A DNA stretch of 64,000 nt from an uncultured Limnohabitans sp. (GTDB taxonomy: Bacteria; Pseudomonadota; Gammaproteobacteria; Burkholderiales; Burkholderiaceae_C), in contig CAUPRM010000004.1 in assembly GCA_963513725.1 (NCBI GenBank), positions 102,348 to 166,347 of the forward strand, in the 5' to 3' direction. Within the stretch, counting starts at the first letter, position 1; every line of letters begins with the position of its first letter. A model generated the notes under the pieces. The model had not been told where the DNA came from. It was given only the letters and a program-made list of their open reading frames with translations, and did no database searches. Below are positions 32,282 to 42,000 of the stretch, one piece after another. A program made the translations under genes and the position numbers.

Positions 32282-33106
32282 TTACTTATGTAGCAACGCA
32301 AGCATCCCATTGTGGGAGAAATCTTGGTCACCATATTTTTTAATTAGTGCCTCTTGAATCATATTTGGAATTTCCATCGGGAAAAGTGGGTGAATATCTT
32401 TCTTCTGAAATTTAGATCTCTCAATAACATCTGTATAATCTTTGAAGAAATATCGATTTATGTGATTGGACTGAAAAATATAGTAAACAACCTCTTGGGC
32501 AAATTTCCTATCAAATTTACTTACTAATAAATCATAAATTTCCATTGGCCGCATTAATAAATGCCCCCAAGGTGGAATAGGATTGTTTGAAAAGTTAAAT
32601 TTTTCACCATTTTCAGTGTAGGAATTAGGCAGATGATGGCCATCGTGTGCAGACCAAATAGGTGAGAATAATGAGAAAAGTTTGCCATTTACTTTTAGGC
32701 ATTTGTACATTTGATCTAATGCCGCTGGAAGCTTATGAATGTGCTCAAAAGTAGCTATAGAAAAAACTATATCGAATTCTTGATAAAATGATTGTGGTAT
32801 GTCCTCAATGCTGCCAGTAAGAATTTGATAATTGCCTATTGAGTCATAATTAGAAAATTGTATAGATTGAGTCGACGTTGTAGGGTTTGCTGCTTGTATT
32901 TCTTGCCAGTAGTCTAGTTGTTCAATGCCTACCCATTGGCTTGCTTGCAGTTCTCCAATAACTAAATCACGAGGCAAGCTACCGCCAACCTCTAGAACTT
33001 TCTTGTTTCTAAAATCAAGCAGCTCATTTGCTTTTAGCAAAAAAGGGACATGATAATTCGGTAAATTATATTTATTTTTAAGTTCTGATTCGGTTAATAT
33101 GGGCAT
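32282..33106 (-). CDS. Class I SAM-dependent methyltransferase
   Basis: KKVLEVGG, FDIVFSIATFEHI..LKVNGKL. Confidence 0.8.
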   Translation of the reverse strand: MPILTESELKNKYNLPNYHVPFLLKANELLDFRNKKVLEVGGSLPRDLVIGELQASQWVGIEQLDYWQEIQAANPTTSTQSIQFSNYDSIGNYQILTGSIEDIPQSFYQEFDIVFSIATFEHIHKLPAALDQMYKCLKVNGKLFSLFSPIWSAHDGHHLPNSYTENGEKFNFSNNPIPPWGHLLMRPMEIYDLLVSKFDRKFAQEVVYYIFQSNHINRYFFKDYTDVIERSKFQKKDIHPLFPMEIPNMIQEALIKKYGDQDFSHNGMLALLHK

Positions 33107-33130
33107 GATATTTCCTATGTTGCGTTTTAT

Positions 33131-34375
33131 TTACGAGACGAAAAAAAGCTCAGGTGTTTTTAAGTTGTTTTCTTTGATATATATTCTTAGAGATTTTGAG
33201 TCTTCTAGGAAGATGTCTTTTTCTGGGAATTCAAGCCGAGGTAAATCGATTAAGTCTTGTATGTACTCATGTGAATGATTTGAGTCGATGTAAATTGATA
33301 TGCGCTCGTTGGATCTGTGTAATTCGAGTAAATTTTCATAGACTAATAGTCTATTTTCAAAATCTGCATTCTTGTTGGAATTGTTAAATCGAGCAGTTTC
33401 TTTTGGAGTGGGATTTAGTTTAACCGAATCACTCAATACTGAAGCAGATAAGCGATCTTTGATACGCTCGATACCCCAATATTGATCAAACTCATGTTTT
33501 AAATTAGCGCCCAAAACAGTGCCGATTTGCTTTAAGTAATTCACATCACTGAGCACCTCGTGCAGCTCTGCTTCAGTTTGAAACGTCAAACAGTTGTGTC
33601 CTGGAATCAACACAGAGCCATGACCGTTAAAAATGGACAGTTGATCCACGATTTGCAAACAACCTGTTTGAGCGATCTCAAAAACACGGGAATTAAGATC
33701 TGAATTCAATGTCACGTTGATGCATGCCATCGATTGTTTCATTTGTGTTGAAAGCTGTTCTCGAGAACCGGAAATATGCCGAACTAAATTCTTCTGAAGT
33801 AAATTGGGCATGATTCGTCCTCGACGCGGATGGAATTGTCCCATCTGGCCATAAAACACCGGCGTTTCCTTAGAGTGATTTATTGGTCTCAAGTTATCAT
33901 CTAAATTTGAGCCCAAATTTAGGGCGAAAAGCGCTGGCTCAAAATACTGATCCGCATCACAGCGGTGCTTGAACCAGTGTGCGTGTCGTACATTGTTTGT
34001 AAATATGTGTCCGCCAAATTTTTCGTTTGAGGCGTAGTTGATCAGTCGAGTGATGGGTTGTGGTAAGTGATGGCTATCACCTAAACATAAAAACGAATTT
34101 TCACAAACATTCTTAATATTACGGGCAATATAGGGTGTTGTTGAATCTAAGCAGACAAATAGATAATCAGGTTTGTCGATATTCTTTTCTTTTAGCAGGG
34201 CTTCTAAATCAAATTCGCCTCTAGGGAATGAGAATTTTTGAGTTCCATAATTGAATTCTTGGGTACTGTGCTCATCCAGTACGCCAGTAATTTGATTGGT
34301 AGAGAGTAAAGGTGGGGCGAATGGGTTCGGGTTCGCATGCCAAAGCACCATAACTGTTGGGGCGTTATTTTTCAT
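33131..34375 (-). CDS. Putative glycosyltransferase (CgeB / Glyco_trans_1_2-like)
   Basis: CLGDSHH, FYGQ..HPRR, INVTLNSDLNSRVFEIAQTG..L. Confidence 0.6.
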   Translation of the reverse strand: MKNNAPTVMVLWHANPNPFAPPLLSTNQITGVLDEHSTQEFNYGTQKFSFPRGEFDLEALLKEKNIDKPDYLFVCLDSTTPYIARNIKNVCENSFLCLGDSHHLPQPITRLINYASNEKFGGHIFTNNVRHAHWFKHRCDADQYFEPALFALNLGSNLDDNLRPINHSKETPVFYGQMGQFHPRRGRIMPNLLQKNLVRHISGSREQLSTQMKQSMACINVTLNSDLNSRVFEIAQTGCLQIVDQLSIFNGHGSVLIPGHNCLTFQTEAELHEVLSDVNYLKQIGTVLGANLKHEFDQYWGIERIKDRLSASVLSDSVKLNPTPKETARFNNSNKNADFENRLLVYENLLELHRSNERISIYIDSNHSHEYIQDLIDLPRLEFPEKDIFLEDSKSLRIYIKENNLKTPELFFVS

Positions 34376-34893
34376 GATTTATGGCAAATGATGTTTAAGC
34401 TAATTGTGGTGTCAAAATAGGGCGAAAAATTACTCGTATCTTTATGTAAATTAAAATACTTTACTTTGCGTATGTTATGAAACCCAGCTGCTTGCAGAAA
34501 AAAACTTAGTACTTCAAAAGTGTATCCAAAATAATGAAAATCAAAATCTGATACTTGCCCGCCATAAATCATCCGCAGAACATGAATTTTCTGCTGAATT
34601 CCTAATTGTTGACTCTCCAGTTGCTTTCCTAGTATTGAAAGATCTGGAACTGATATGTACAGTGTGCTATTCGATGTCATTGCGGTAAATAGCTTCTTTA
34701 AAGTGCTTTCTACTTTGAATAACGGAATATGTTCGAAGACGTGACTCATGTAAAAAACTGAGACAGAGTTTTCTTCAATTTGACTCAAGTCGCAAATATC
34801 TGACAGAATATCTGGATTCGTAGAGGGGTCTGCATTCATGGTTGTCCATGCTGGTATTTCAGACGACCCACCAATAATGACTCTTTTCAGCAT
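34372..34893 (-). CDS. Small methyltransferase-domain protein
   Basis: IIGG..W...D..DICDL..YMSHVFEHIP..LYISVPD..DFHYFG. Confidence 0.7.
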   Translation of the reverse strand: MLKRVIIGGSSEIPAWTTMNADPSTNPDILSDICDLSQIEENSVSVFYMSHVFEHIPLFKVESTLKKLFTAMTSNSTLYISVPDLSILGKQLESQQLGIQQKIHVLRMIYGGQVSDFDFHYFGYTFEVLSFFLQAAGFHNIRKVKYFNLHKDTSNFSPYFDTTISLNIICHKS

Positions 34894-34903
34894 TTTTTAT
34901 TCC

Positions 34904-37114
34904 TTACAGCGCGCTTAGCAACTCAGACCACTGCTTCGATTCATTGGTGATTCGACTTGTGTTAAACACCTTTGACCCGTTAATTTTTTTCCCATTTACC
35001 GCATCAATACAAATTGAGTAGTACTCATCGAAATCGTTTGCGATATATCCTGTGAGTTGGTGGTCATTCAACAAACTCCCCGCCACTCTAGAAGCAAAAC
35101 TACTTCCCATCATCGTCACCACAGGCACGCCTGCCAGCAGCGCGTCGCTGGTGGTGGTGTGGCCGTTATAGGGAAAGGTGTCTAGGCAGACATCGGCCAG
35201 TTTGTAACGGGCTAAGTGGTCTTCAATCGATGGCACGCGCGTGGCGTAAACCACACGGCTTGGGTCCACACCATGGGCGATGGCCGATTGCGTGAGGTTG
35301 GCATGGGCGCCGTCGTTGAGTTTCATTAGCCACAACACGCTGCCGGGCACGGCTTTGAGCAAGTCCATCCACACTTTGAACATGGGTGGGTTGATTTTGT
35401 AGTCATGGTTAAAACTGCAAAACACCACGCCTTCTTCAGGCAAACCACATTCCGCTTTGGTGGGTACTTTGTCGGCGGGAACCACCGAGTCGTCGCGCGG
35501 CAAATAGCAGTGCGGCAAGTACAAAATCTTTTCGCGGTAGTGCTGCTGCATGTCGGGCGGCACTGTCACGGGGTCGGTAATTAAATAATCAATGAAGGGC
35601 AAGCCCAAGGTGCCTGGAAAACCCAAATAGGTCATTTGCACGGGGGCAGGGCGGTGCGACAAAATTTCTAAGCGCGTACCCTCGGTGTGGCCCGACAGGT
35701 CAATGGCGATGTCAATTTCCATGGCGCGCAGCAGTTTGGCCACTTCAAGGCTTGGTTTGTCTTGCACGTCTAAATAGTGGTCAAAGGCGCAGCGGTAGCG
35801 TTTCCACAAGTCGCTGCCATCGGGGGTGCCCGTAAAGACGCCGGTAATTTCGAAGTGTTTTTTGTCAAACTTTTCCAGCATGCCAATCATCAGGTAGCCT
35901 ACGGGGTGGGTTCTGAAGTCGGCAGAAATAAAGGCTACGCGTTTGCGACGGTGTTGGTATTTTTCGCCATTCCAAAGCGTGTACATGGATGGGCCGTATT
36001 TGTCTGCGGCATAAATTTCAATGCATTGGCGTGCCAAGGCTGCATCGTCGGTGAGCGACATGATGGTCAGCGGGCCGCACATTTTTTTGCCAGCACGGAT
36101 GCCTTCAAAAATGAGTTCGCGCTTGGCTTCAAAGTCGGTCCAGTCGCAGTTGCTCTGGCGTGCGCTGATCAGGTGGCCTTCGCCGTAGGCGTAGTCGGGG
36201 TCGACTTCTAGGGCGCGTCTAAAGGCGTTGGTGCCCAAGGTGTATTGCTTGTACTGGCCTAGCAGTTGCCCTTGGCCTTCGAGCGAGCGTACATGGTTGG
36301 GGTCAATGTCAGTAGCTTTGACCAAGGTCAGCAGGGCGTCGTGGTGGCGGTTGATGGCCTGCAATACGGCGGCTTTGTTGGTGTAGGCCTCCATGTATTT
36401 GGGGTCAACGGCAATCGCATCGTCGTAGCAAGCAATGGCGGCTTCTGCCAGCCCTAGGTCTTGCAACGATTTGGCGCGCGCAAAGTGAGCAATGGCCATT
36501 TGCGGCGATGTTTCGCAGGCGCGTGTGAAGGTTTGCAGGGCTTCTGCAGCTCGGCCTACTGCCGATTGCGACACGCCCAAAGAGTACAAACCCATGAAGT
36601 TGTCTGGTGCAAGGCCTAAGGTTTGTTCAAACAAGGCAATGGCGCCTGCATGGTCACCCTGGCCTTGCAGGGCAATGCCTTGGGTGTTGAGGGTCATCAC
36701 TTCATGGCTGGGGGCCACTGTTGTTTTTTGTGCCGCCTCGATAGCCATCTTCACAGTTTGCAAATGCGCTTGGGCATCGCTCATGGTGGGTTCGAGCAGC
36801 AGGGTGTTTTCTGCCGAAATGCGTGCATTTTCTAACTCACCTAGGTTGAACAAGATGATAGAAAAAGCGTAGTGGGCTAGCGCAAACTTGGGGTTGCTGA
36901 TGAGCACCGGTTTGATGTGGTTCAGCGCCGCAGCGTAATTGCCACGGCCTGATTCGACGGCTGCCATCGAGTACAGCGCCACAGGGTTGCCCGGCTCAAT
37001 CTCTAATACTTTTTCAAACAGGGTGGCGCATGAGGCCACATCCCCAGCTTGCTGCAAGGTGACCGCGTGGTCCAGCATCTGCTGCAAAGTGTTGTAAGTA
37101 GCCAGTTGATTCAT
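34904..37114 (-). CDS. TPR-containing GT41 (OGT/SPINDLY-family) protein glycosyltransferase A
   Basis: Multiple N-terminal TPRs; RVAFISADFRTHPVGYL, IDIAIDLSGHT, RPAPVQMTYLGFPGT, FCSFNHDYKINP, DTFPYNGHTTTSDAL. Confidence 0.92.
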   Translation of the reverse strand: MNQLATYNTLQQMLDHAVTLQQAGDVASCATLFEKVLEIEPGNPVALYSMAAVESGRGNYAAALNHIKPVLISNPKFALAHYAFSIILFNLGELENARISAENTLLLEPTMSDAQAHLQTVKMAIEAAQKTTVAPSHEVMTLNTQGIALQGQGDHAGAIALFEQTLGLAPDNFMGLYSLGVSQSAVGRAAEALQTFTRACETSPQMAIAHFARAKSLQDLGLAEAAIACYDDAIAVDPKYMEAYTNKAAVLQAINRHHDALLTLVKATDIDPNHVRSLEGQGQLLGQYKQYTLGTNAFRRALEVDPDYAYGEGHLISARQSNCDWTDFEAKRELIFEGIRAGKKMCGPLTIMSLTDDAALARQCIEIYAADKYGPSMYTLWNGEKYQHRRKRVAFISADFRTHPVGYLMIGMLEKFDKKHFEITGVFTGTPDGSDLWKRYRCAFDHYLDVQDKPSLEVAKLLRAMEIDIAIDLSGHTEGTRLEILSHRPAPVQMTYLGFPGTLGLPFIDYLITDPVTVPPDMQQHYREKILYLPHCYLPRDDSVVPADKVPTKAECGLPEEGVVFCSFNHDYKINPPMFKVWMDLLKAVPGSVLWLMKLNDGAHANLTQSAIAHGVDPSRVVYATRVPSIEDHLARYKLADVCLDTFPYNGHTTTSDALLAGVPVVTMMGSSFASRVAGSLLNDHQLTGYIANDFDEYYSICIDAVNGKKINGSKVFNTSRITNESKQWSELLSAL

Positions 37115-37151
37115 GAATGGTTCCCAAAATTTGAAATTTCAAAGCTCTATA

Positions 37152-37167
37152 AGCAAAAGTCTTGCCA
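37152..37167 (-). promoter_or_regulatory. Putative sigma54 promoter of GT41-A and the leftward glycosylation operon
   Basis: Minus strand TGGCAA-GACTT-TTGCT with exact GG-N10-GC spacing. Confidence 0.72.
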
Positions 37168-37174
37168 GTTAATT

Positions 37175-37190
37175 TGACGGTTTTCCGTCA
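37175..37190. promoter_or_regulatory. Inverted repeat between the divergent sigma54 promoters
   Basis: TGACGG-TTTT-CCGTCA. Confidence 0.4.
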
Positions 37191-37207
37191 GTCTCGAGTG
37201 TTTTTAA

Positions 37208-37223
37208 TGGCATGAAACTCGCT
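37208..37223 (+). promoter_or_regulatory. Putative sigma54 promoter of GT41-B
   Basis: TGGCAT-GAAAC-TCGCT with GG-N10-GC spacing. Confidence 0.6.
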
Positions 37224-37234
37224 AACTAACGGGT

Positions 37235-39073
37235 ATGCACGATGCCGAGACCGCCACAGCTAGACGCCCTTTGTTGGAAGACCTCATTCCAAAGGTTGAA
37301 AAACTCTGTGCGCTTGGGCATCAACCATTGGCCGTCAAGATGTACCGAGATTGGCTGGAGGGCTACCAAGGTTTAGACCGTTACATCGCCTTGTTCAATT
37401 TGGGCGTGCTCTTGTTTGAACAGTCCGATTGGCAGGGCGCGCAGGCGGTTTACGCCGAGTGTTGCCAGTTAGTGCCTGCTTTTGCATTGGCCAAGGTCAA
37501 TTTAGGGCTGGTGTATGAGCGGCAAGGGTTGACCGACTTGGCTTTGCAGCACTGGCTAGAAGTTGCCGCTGCGCCAGGCACCTTGGGCGAGACTGCTCAA
37601 AATTTGCAACGCACCACGCTTAATCATGTAGGTCGAGTGCAAGAAACGCTGAAAAATTACGCTGAAGCTGAAGACGCCATGACCCAAAGCTTGGTGCTTC
37701 AGCCCGATCAGCCCGATGTGCTGCAGCATTGGGTGTTTCTGCGCATGAAGCAATGCAAGTGGCCCGTTTTTCAAGACTTGCCGGGCTTGTCGCCGCACAT
37801 GCAGCTGTGCCACACCTCGCCTTTGGCCATGTTGGCCTTGTTTGACGACCCTGCGTTGCAGTTGCTGGCTGCCCGGCAAATCGTGCAACGCAAATACAGT
37901 GGTTTGCTGAATTTGCCTGCGAAGACCCAGACTTACAAACATCGAAAAATTCGCATTGGCTATGTGTCGGGCGACTTGTGCACCCATGCCGTGGGTTTGC
38001 TGTTGCCTGAGGTGATTGAAGCGCATGACCGTCGCCGCTTTGAAGTGATCGCGTTTGACCACAGCCCTGAAGATGGCAGCGCATGCCGCCAACGCTTGAA
38101 ACAGGCGTTTCATCGCTGGGTACCGATTCACCATCTCAGTGATGCAGAGGCGGTGCAGGTGATTCTGAGCTTGGAAGTCGACGTATTGATCGACCTGCAT
38201 GGCTTGAGCTTGGGCGCGCGGCCAGGCATTTTTGCGGCACGTCCTGCACAGCTGCAGGGAACCTATTTGGGTTTCATGGGCACCACAGCTATGCCTTGGT
38301 TGGATTTTGTGGTGACGGATGCACAAGCCTGTCCCGAGCAGGTAGAGCTTTTAATGGCCGAACGGCCTTTGGTCGTGGATGGGTGTTTCATTCCCCTAGA
38401 GATCACCGCCTCGGTGCAAAGGCCGCTAAATACTGAGGCTTGCACGCGGGTCAGTGAGGGTTTGCCGAAGCGCGCGTTTGTACTGGGTTGCTTCAACAAC
38501 ATCTACAAAATTAACAACGAGATGTTTTCAGCCTGGATGCAAATTCTGATTCATACCGACAACACGGTGCTGTGGTTGTTGGACGATAACCCTGTCGCCA
38601 CGGCATCGCTCAAGGCGCAGGTCTTGCGTCACGGCGTGGACGCGCAGCGGGTGATTTTTGCGTCGCGCACATCGTATGTGCACTACTGCGAGCGGCTGCG
38701 CTTGGTCGACTTGTACCTTGATACATTTCCCTACAACGCAGGTTCAACCGCACGCGATGTGTTGGCCGCGGGTGTTCCCCTTTTGACGCGACGCGGTAAA
38801 ACCTTGGTGTCTCGCATGGCTGCCAGTATGTTGCACGCGCTGGGACTCAATGGCTTGATCTGCGACGATTTGGAGCAGTACCAAGCGCAGGCCATTCATT
38901 TGGCCAGCAGCAGGTCACGCACGCGTTATTGGGCGCGCAAGCTTAACCACGCATTGAACCTACCCGATGCCAAGCATGGGGCACGCACCATGGTGGCCAG
39001 TCTTGAGCAAAAGCTCAAGACATGGCTCAAATCGCGAAATCTCCCTGAGACGCATGGCGCTTCAACGCCCTAG
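37235..39073 (+). CDS. TPR-containing GT41 (OGT/SPINDLY-family) protein glycosyltransferase B
   Basis: Short TPR region; KIRIGYVSGDLCTHAVGLL, VDVLIDLHG, YLGFMGT, GCFNNIYKIN, DLYLDTFPYNAGSTARD. Confidence 0.9.
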   Translation: MHDAETATARRPLLEDLIPKVEKLCALGHQPLAVKMYRDWLEGYQGLDRYIALFNLGVLLFEQSDWQGAQAVYAECCQLVPAFALAKVNLGLVYERQGLTDLALQHWLEVAAAPGTLGETAQNLQRTTLNHVGRVQETLKNYAEAEDAMTQSLVLQPDQPDVLQHWVFLRMKQCKWPVFQDLPGLSPHMQLCHTSPLAMLALFDDPALQLLAARQIVQRKYSGLLNLPAKTQTYKHRKIRIGYVSGDLCTHAVGLLLPEVIEAHDRRRFEVIAFDHSPEDGSACRQRLKQAFHRWVPIHHLSDAEAVQVILSLEVDVLIDLHGLSLGARPGIFAARPAQLQGTYLGFMGTTAMPWLDFVVTDAQACPEQVELLMAERPLVVDGCFIPLEITASVQRPLNTEACTRVSEGLPKRAFVLGCFNNIYKINNEMFSAWMQILIHTDNTVLWLLDDNPVATASLKAQVLRHGVDAQRVIFASRTSYVHYCERLRLVDLYLDTFPYNAGSTARDVLAAGVPLLTRRGKTLVSRMAASMLHALGLNGLICDDLEQYQAQAIHLASSRSRTRYWARKLNHALNLPDAKHGARTMVASLEQKLKTWLKSRNLPETHGASTP

Positions 39074-39077
39074 TGTC

Positions 39078-42000
39078 TTAAGCCACACCCAGCGCTTGAC
39101 GCTGCTCAGCACTCATCAGCGTGAGCTTGCCGGAGTTGGCTGGCAAACTCAAAATGGCTTTTTGGCTGCTATTGAATGAGGTCAATTGCGTCACGTCAAA
39201 GGCGGCCAATTGGCTGGCGAACATGTTGGCGATGGCGTATTCGCTGATGTTCGGGATTTGCTCGACCATCAACGATCCAATCTGCTCAATCGTTAAAGCA
39301 CGAATCTGGCTGGTGGTCACTGCACCCAATTGAGAGGCGCTCAAGGCCGTCACTTGGTCTGGGGTGAAACCAGAGATTTGCGCATTGCTCATGATGGCCA
39401 ATTGAGTACCACTGATGCCCATGATTTGTTCGCGGTTCAGACTTTGTACTTGGCTGACCGACAAAGCGCCAACGGCTGCGTTGCTCAAGTACTGCATCTT
39501 ATTGGCAGGAATGGCTTGCAGTTGCGTGATGCTCAGGTTGCTCACTTGCGTAGCGGTGATGGCTCCCAAGTCGTCAGCTTCAAAAGCCTCTACTTGTGTA
39601 GAGGTCAAAGCACTAATTTGTGTGCCCGTCAATTCCTTGATCTGGTCGCTGCTCATCGCCACGATCTGGTCTGACGTCAAGGCGCGTACTGCCGAGTTGC
39701 TCATCACCACCAAATCTTGCGTTTCAATGGCAGCAATTTGGTTGCCCGTCATGCTGGCAGCCTGTGTCGCTGTGAGCGAACCAATTTGCATGTCCGACAT
39801 CGCGGTAATCGCGGCAGGTTGGATGGCTGCAATTTGATCCCAATCCATGGCGGCGATTTGCGTACCTGTGAAGGCTTGAACCTGTTCGTTCGTCATCGCC
39901 CCAATTTGCGTGGTGGTAAAGGCTTTGACTTGCGAGTTGCTCAAGGCTTCCAAGGCGGCTGTTCGCACCGAGGTCACAGCGCTGGCGCTGATCGATGTGA
40001 GCTGTGCGGCGCTGAGCGACACGATTTGATCGGCACTCAAGGCTGCAATATCCTCTCCGGCCATGACTGCCATTTGTTCTTCGGTCACCGCGTTGAGTTG
40101 TGTCTCGCTCAGCGACTTGAGCTGGTCGCTGCTCATGGCCACAATTTGAGAGGTCGTCAAACTTGTGACTTGCGTGTTTTGCAAACCAGAAATTTGTGCC
40201 GTGGACAAGACAGCCACTTGCGCATCCAACAAGGCCGGCACTTGGTCCACTGTGAGTGCACGAATTTGGTCTGACGACATGCCTTGCACATGGCTGGTGG
40301 TCAATGCATCGATCTGTTCGATGCCCATCGCACTGATGTGACCGGTCAACAAGGACTGAACTTGGCTCAATGCCAGGTTCTGGACTTGGTTGGTCGTCAA
40401 CGACGACACTTGGTCGTTGCTCAAAGCTTGGATCACGCTGGTCGACAGACTGGACGTCTGTGCGGTTGACAAGATCTGCAACGCTGGCGTGGACACTTGC
40501 GCCCATTGGGTGGGTTGCAAGGCCGCCAACTGGGTGGTGGACAAGGCGCCCACTTGCACGTCTTGCAATTGACCCACTTGCGACAAGCTGAGGGTCGGCA
40601 GTTGCGTGGTGGTCAGGGCCTTGAACCAGCCTGTTGAGACCTGTGCCAATTGGGTCGGATCCATGCTCGAGACTGCGGTTGTCGACAGCAAGGCCACTTG
40701 GCTGGAACTGAGGTACTCGAGCTGTGGCAAAGACATGGCACCAATTTGCGTCGAGGTCAATACCGACATTTCGGTGTCTGTCAGGGCTTGGATGTGGCCC
40801 TGCGTCAGCGATGGAATTTGGGTGTCTTGCAAACCCACAAATTGATCTGTGGTCAAGGCTTGCAGTTGTCCGGTGGTCAGCACGGCTACTTGGTCGCCGT
40901 TGAGCACTTGGACTTTGTCGACGCCCAAGGTGTTGAGTTTTTCGGCTTGGATAGCCGGAATTTGCTCCAGAGTCAGCGCCGAGAATTGGTCGGCAGACAA
41001 GGCCGTCCACTGAGCGGTGGACAGTACAGCGATTTGTGCAGTGCTCAAGCTGGTGATTTGCTCTGCACGCAAAACCGTCATATCGGCGGTTTCTAGCGCA
41101 CTGATTTGCTGCGTGTACATCGCTTGCATTTGCGTTGCGCTGAGCGCTGACACTTGTGAGGTCGTGAGGGCTTGAATGCTGCTGGTGTTGAGCGCCTGAA
41201 CTTGCTCGTCCAAGAATGCATTGACTTGCTCGTCCAACAAAGTTGACAACAATTGAGTCGAGAGTTTTTGCACTTGCACCGTCGTTAACGAGGTAACTTG
41301 GGTGGTGTTCAACACATTGAGCTGGTCGCTGCTGAGGGCGTTGACTTGCTGTGTGCCCAGTGTGCTGAGCAGGTCGACAGACAGACCACCCACTTGCGTC
41401 AGAGTCAAGTTGGCGATTTGTGAAGTCAACATGGCGCCCATTTGGTCGGACGACAGTGCATTGACTTGGCTGACATCCAGCACTTGAATCTGGCTGGCAT
41501 TAAAGACGCGCAAATCGGCAGTTTCCAGTGCGGCCATGTGCGCGGTCGTGAGCGCAGCAACTTGTGAGCTGAGCATGACTTGGTACTGAGCGGTTGTAAG
41601 TGCTACCACTTGGCCGTCTTGCATGGAAGAAATTTGTTCTTCGCTCAAGGACACCACGTCACGCAGTTCAATCGATTGAATCTGAGAGTCGCCCAAGGCG
41701 TTGATTTGTGCCGTGGTCAGGCTGGCAACTTGGCTGCCAGTAAAGGCCGCCACATCGCGATCTTCCATCGCTGTGATTTGTTCGGTCAACATGACCGATA
41801 CGTTGTCATCGGTGATGCTGGCCACTTGACTTTGGGTCAACGCCACCACTTGTGCGGCGTCCAGCGCTCTGGTTTGTGCATTGTCAAAAGCCGCCACCGT
41901 GCCAGGGCGCAATGCTGCCACTTGTGCGGTTTCCAAGGTGGCAATTTGGTGTGTGCTGAAGGCGCGAATCTGGTCAGCAGAAATGGCGCTCATGTCCAAC

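Noticed and set aside
28620-35100. Mobile element or prophage explaining the AT-rich block
   Set aside because: No integrase, transposase, tRNA or terminal repeats were seen.
39724-41010. 428-aa alternative-frame ORF and the many antisense ORFs over the repeat genes
   Set aside because: Explained as shadow frames of biased repetitive codons; no recognisable motifs.
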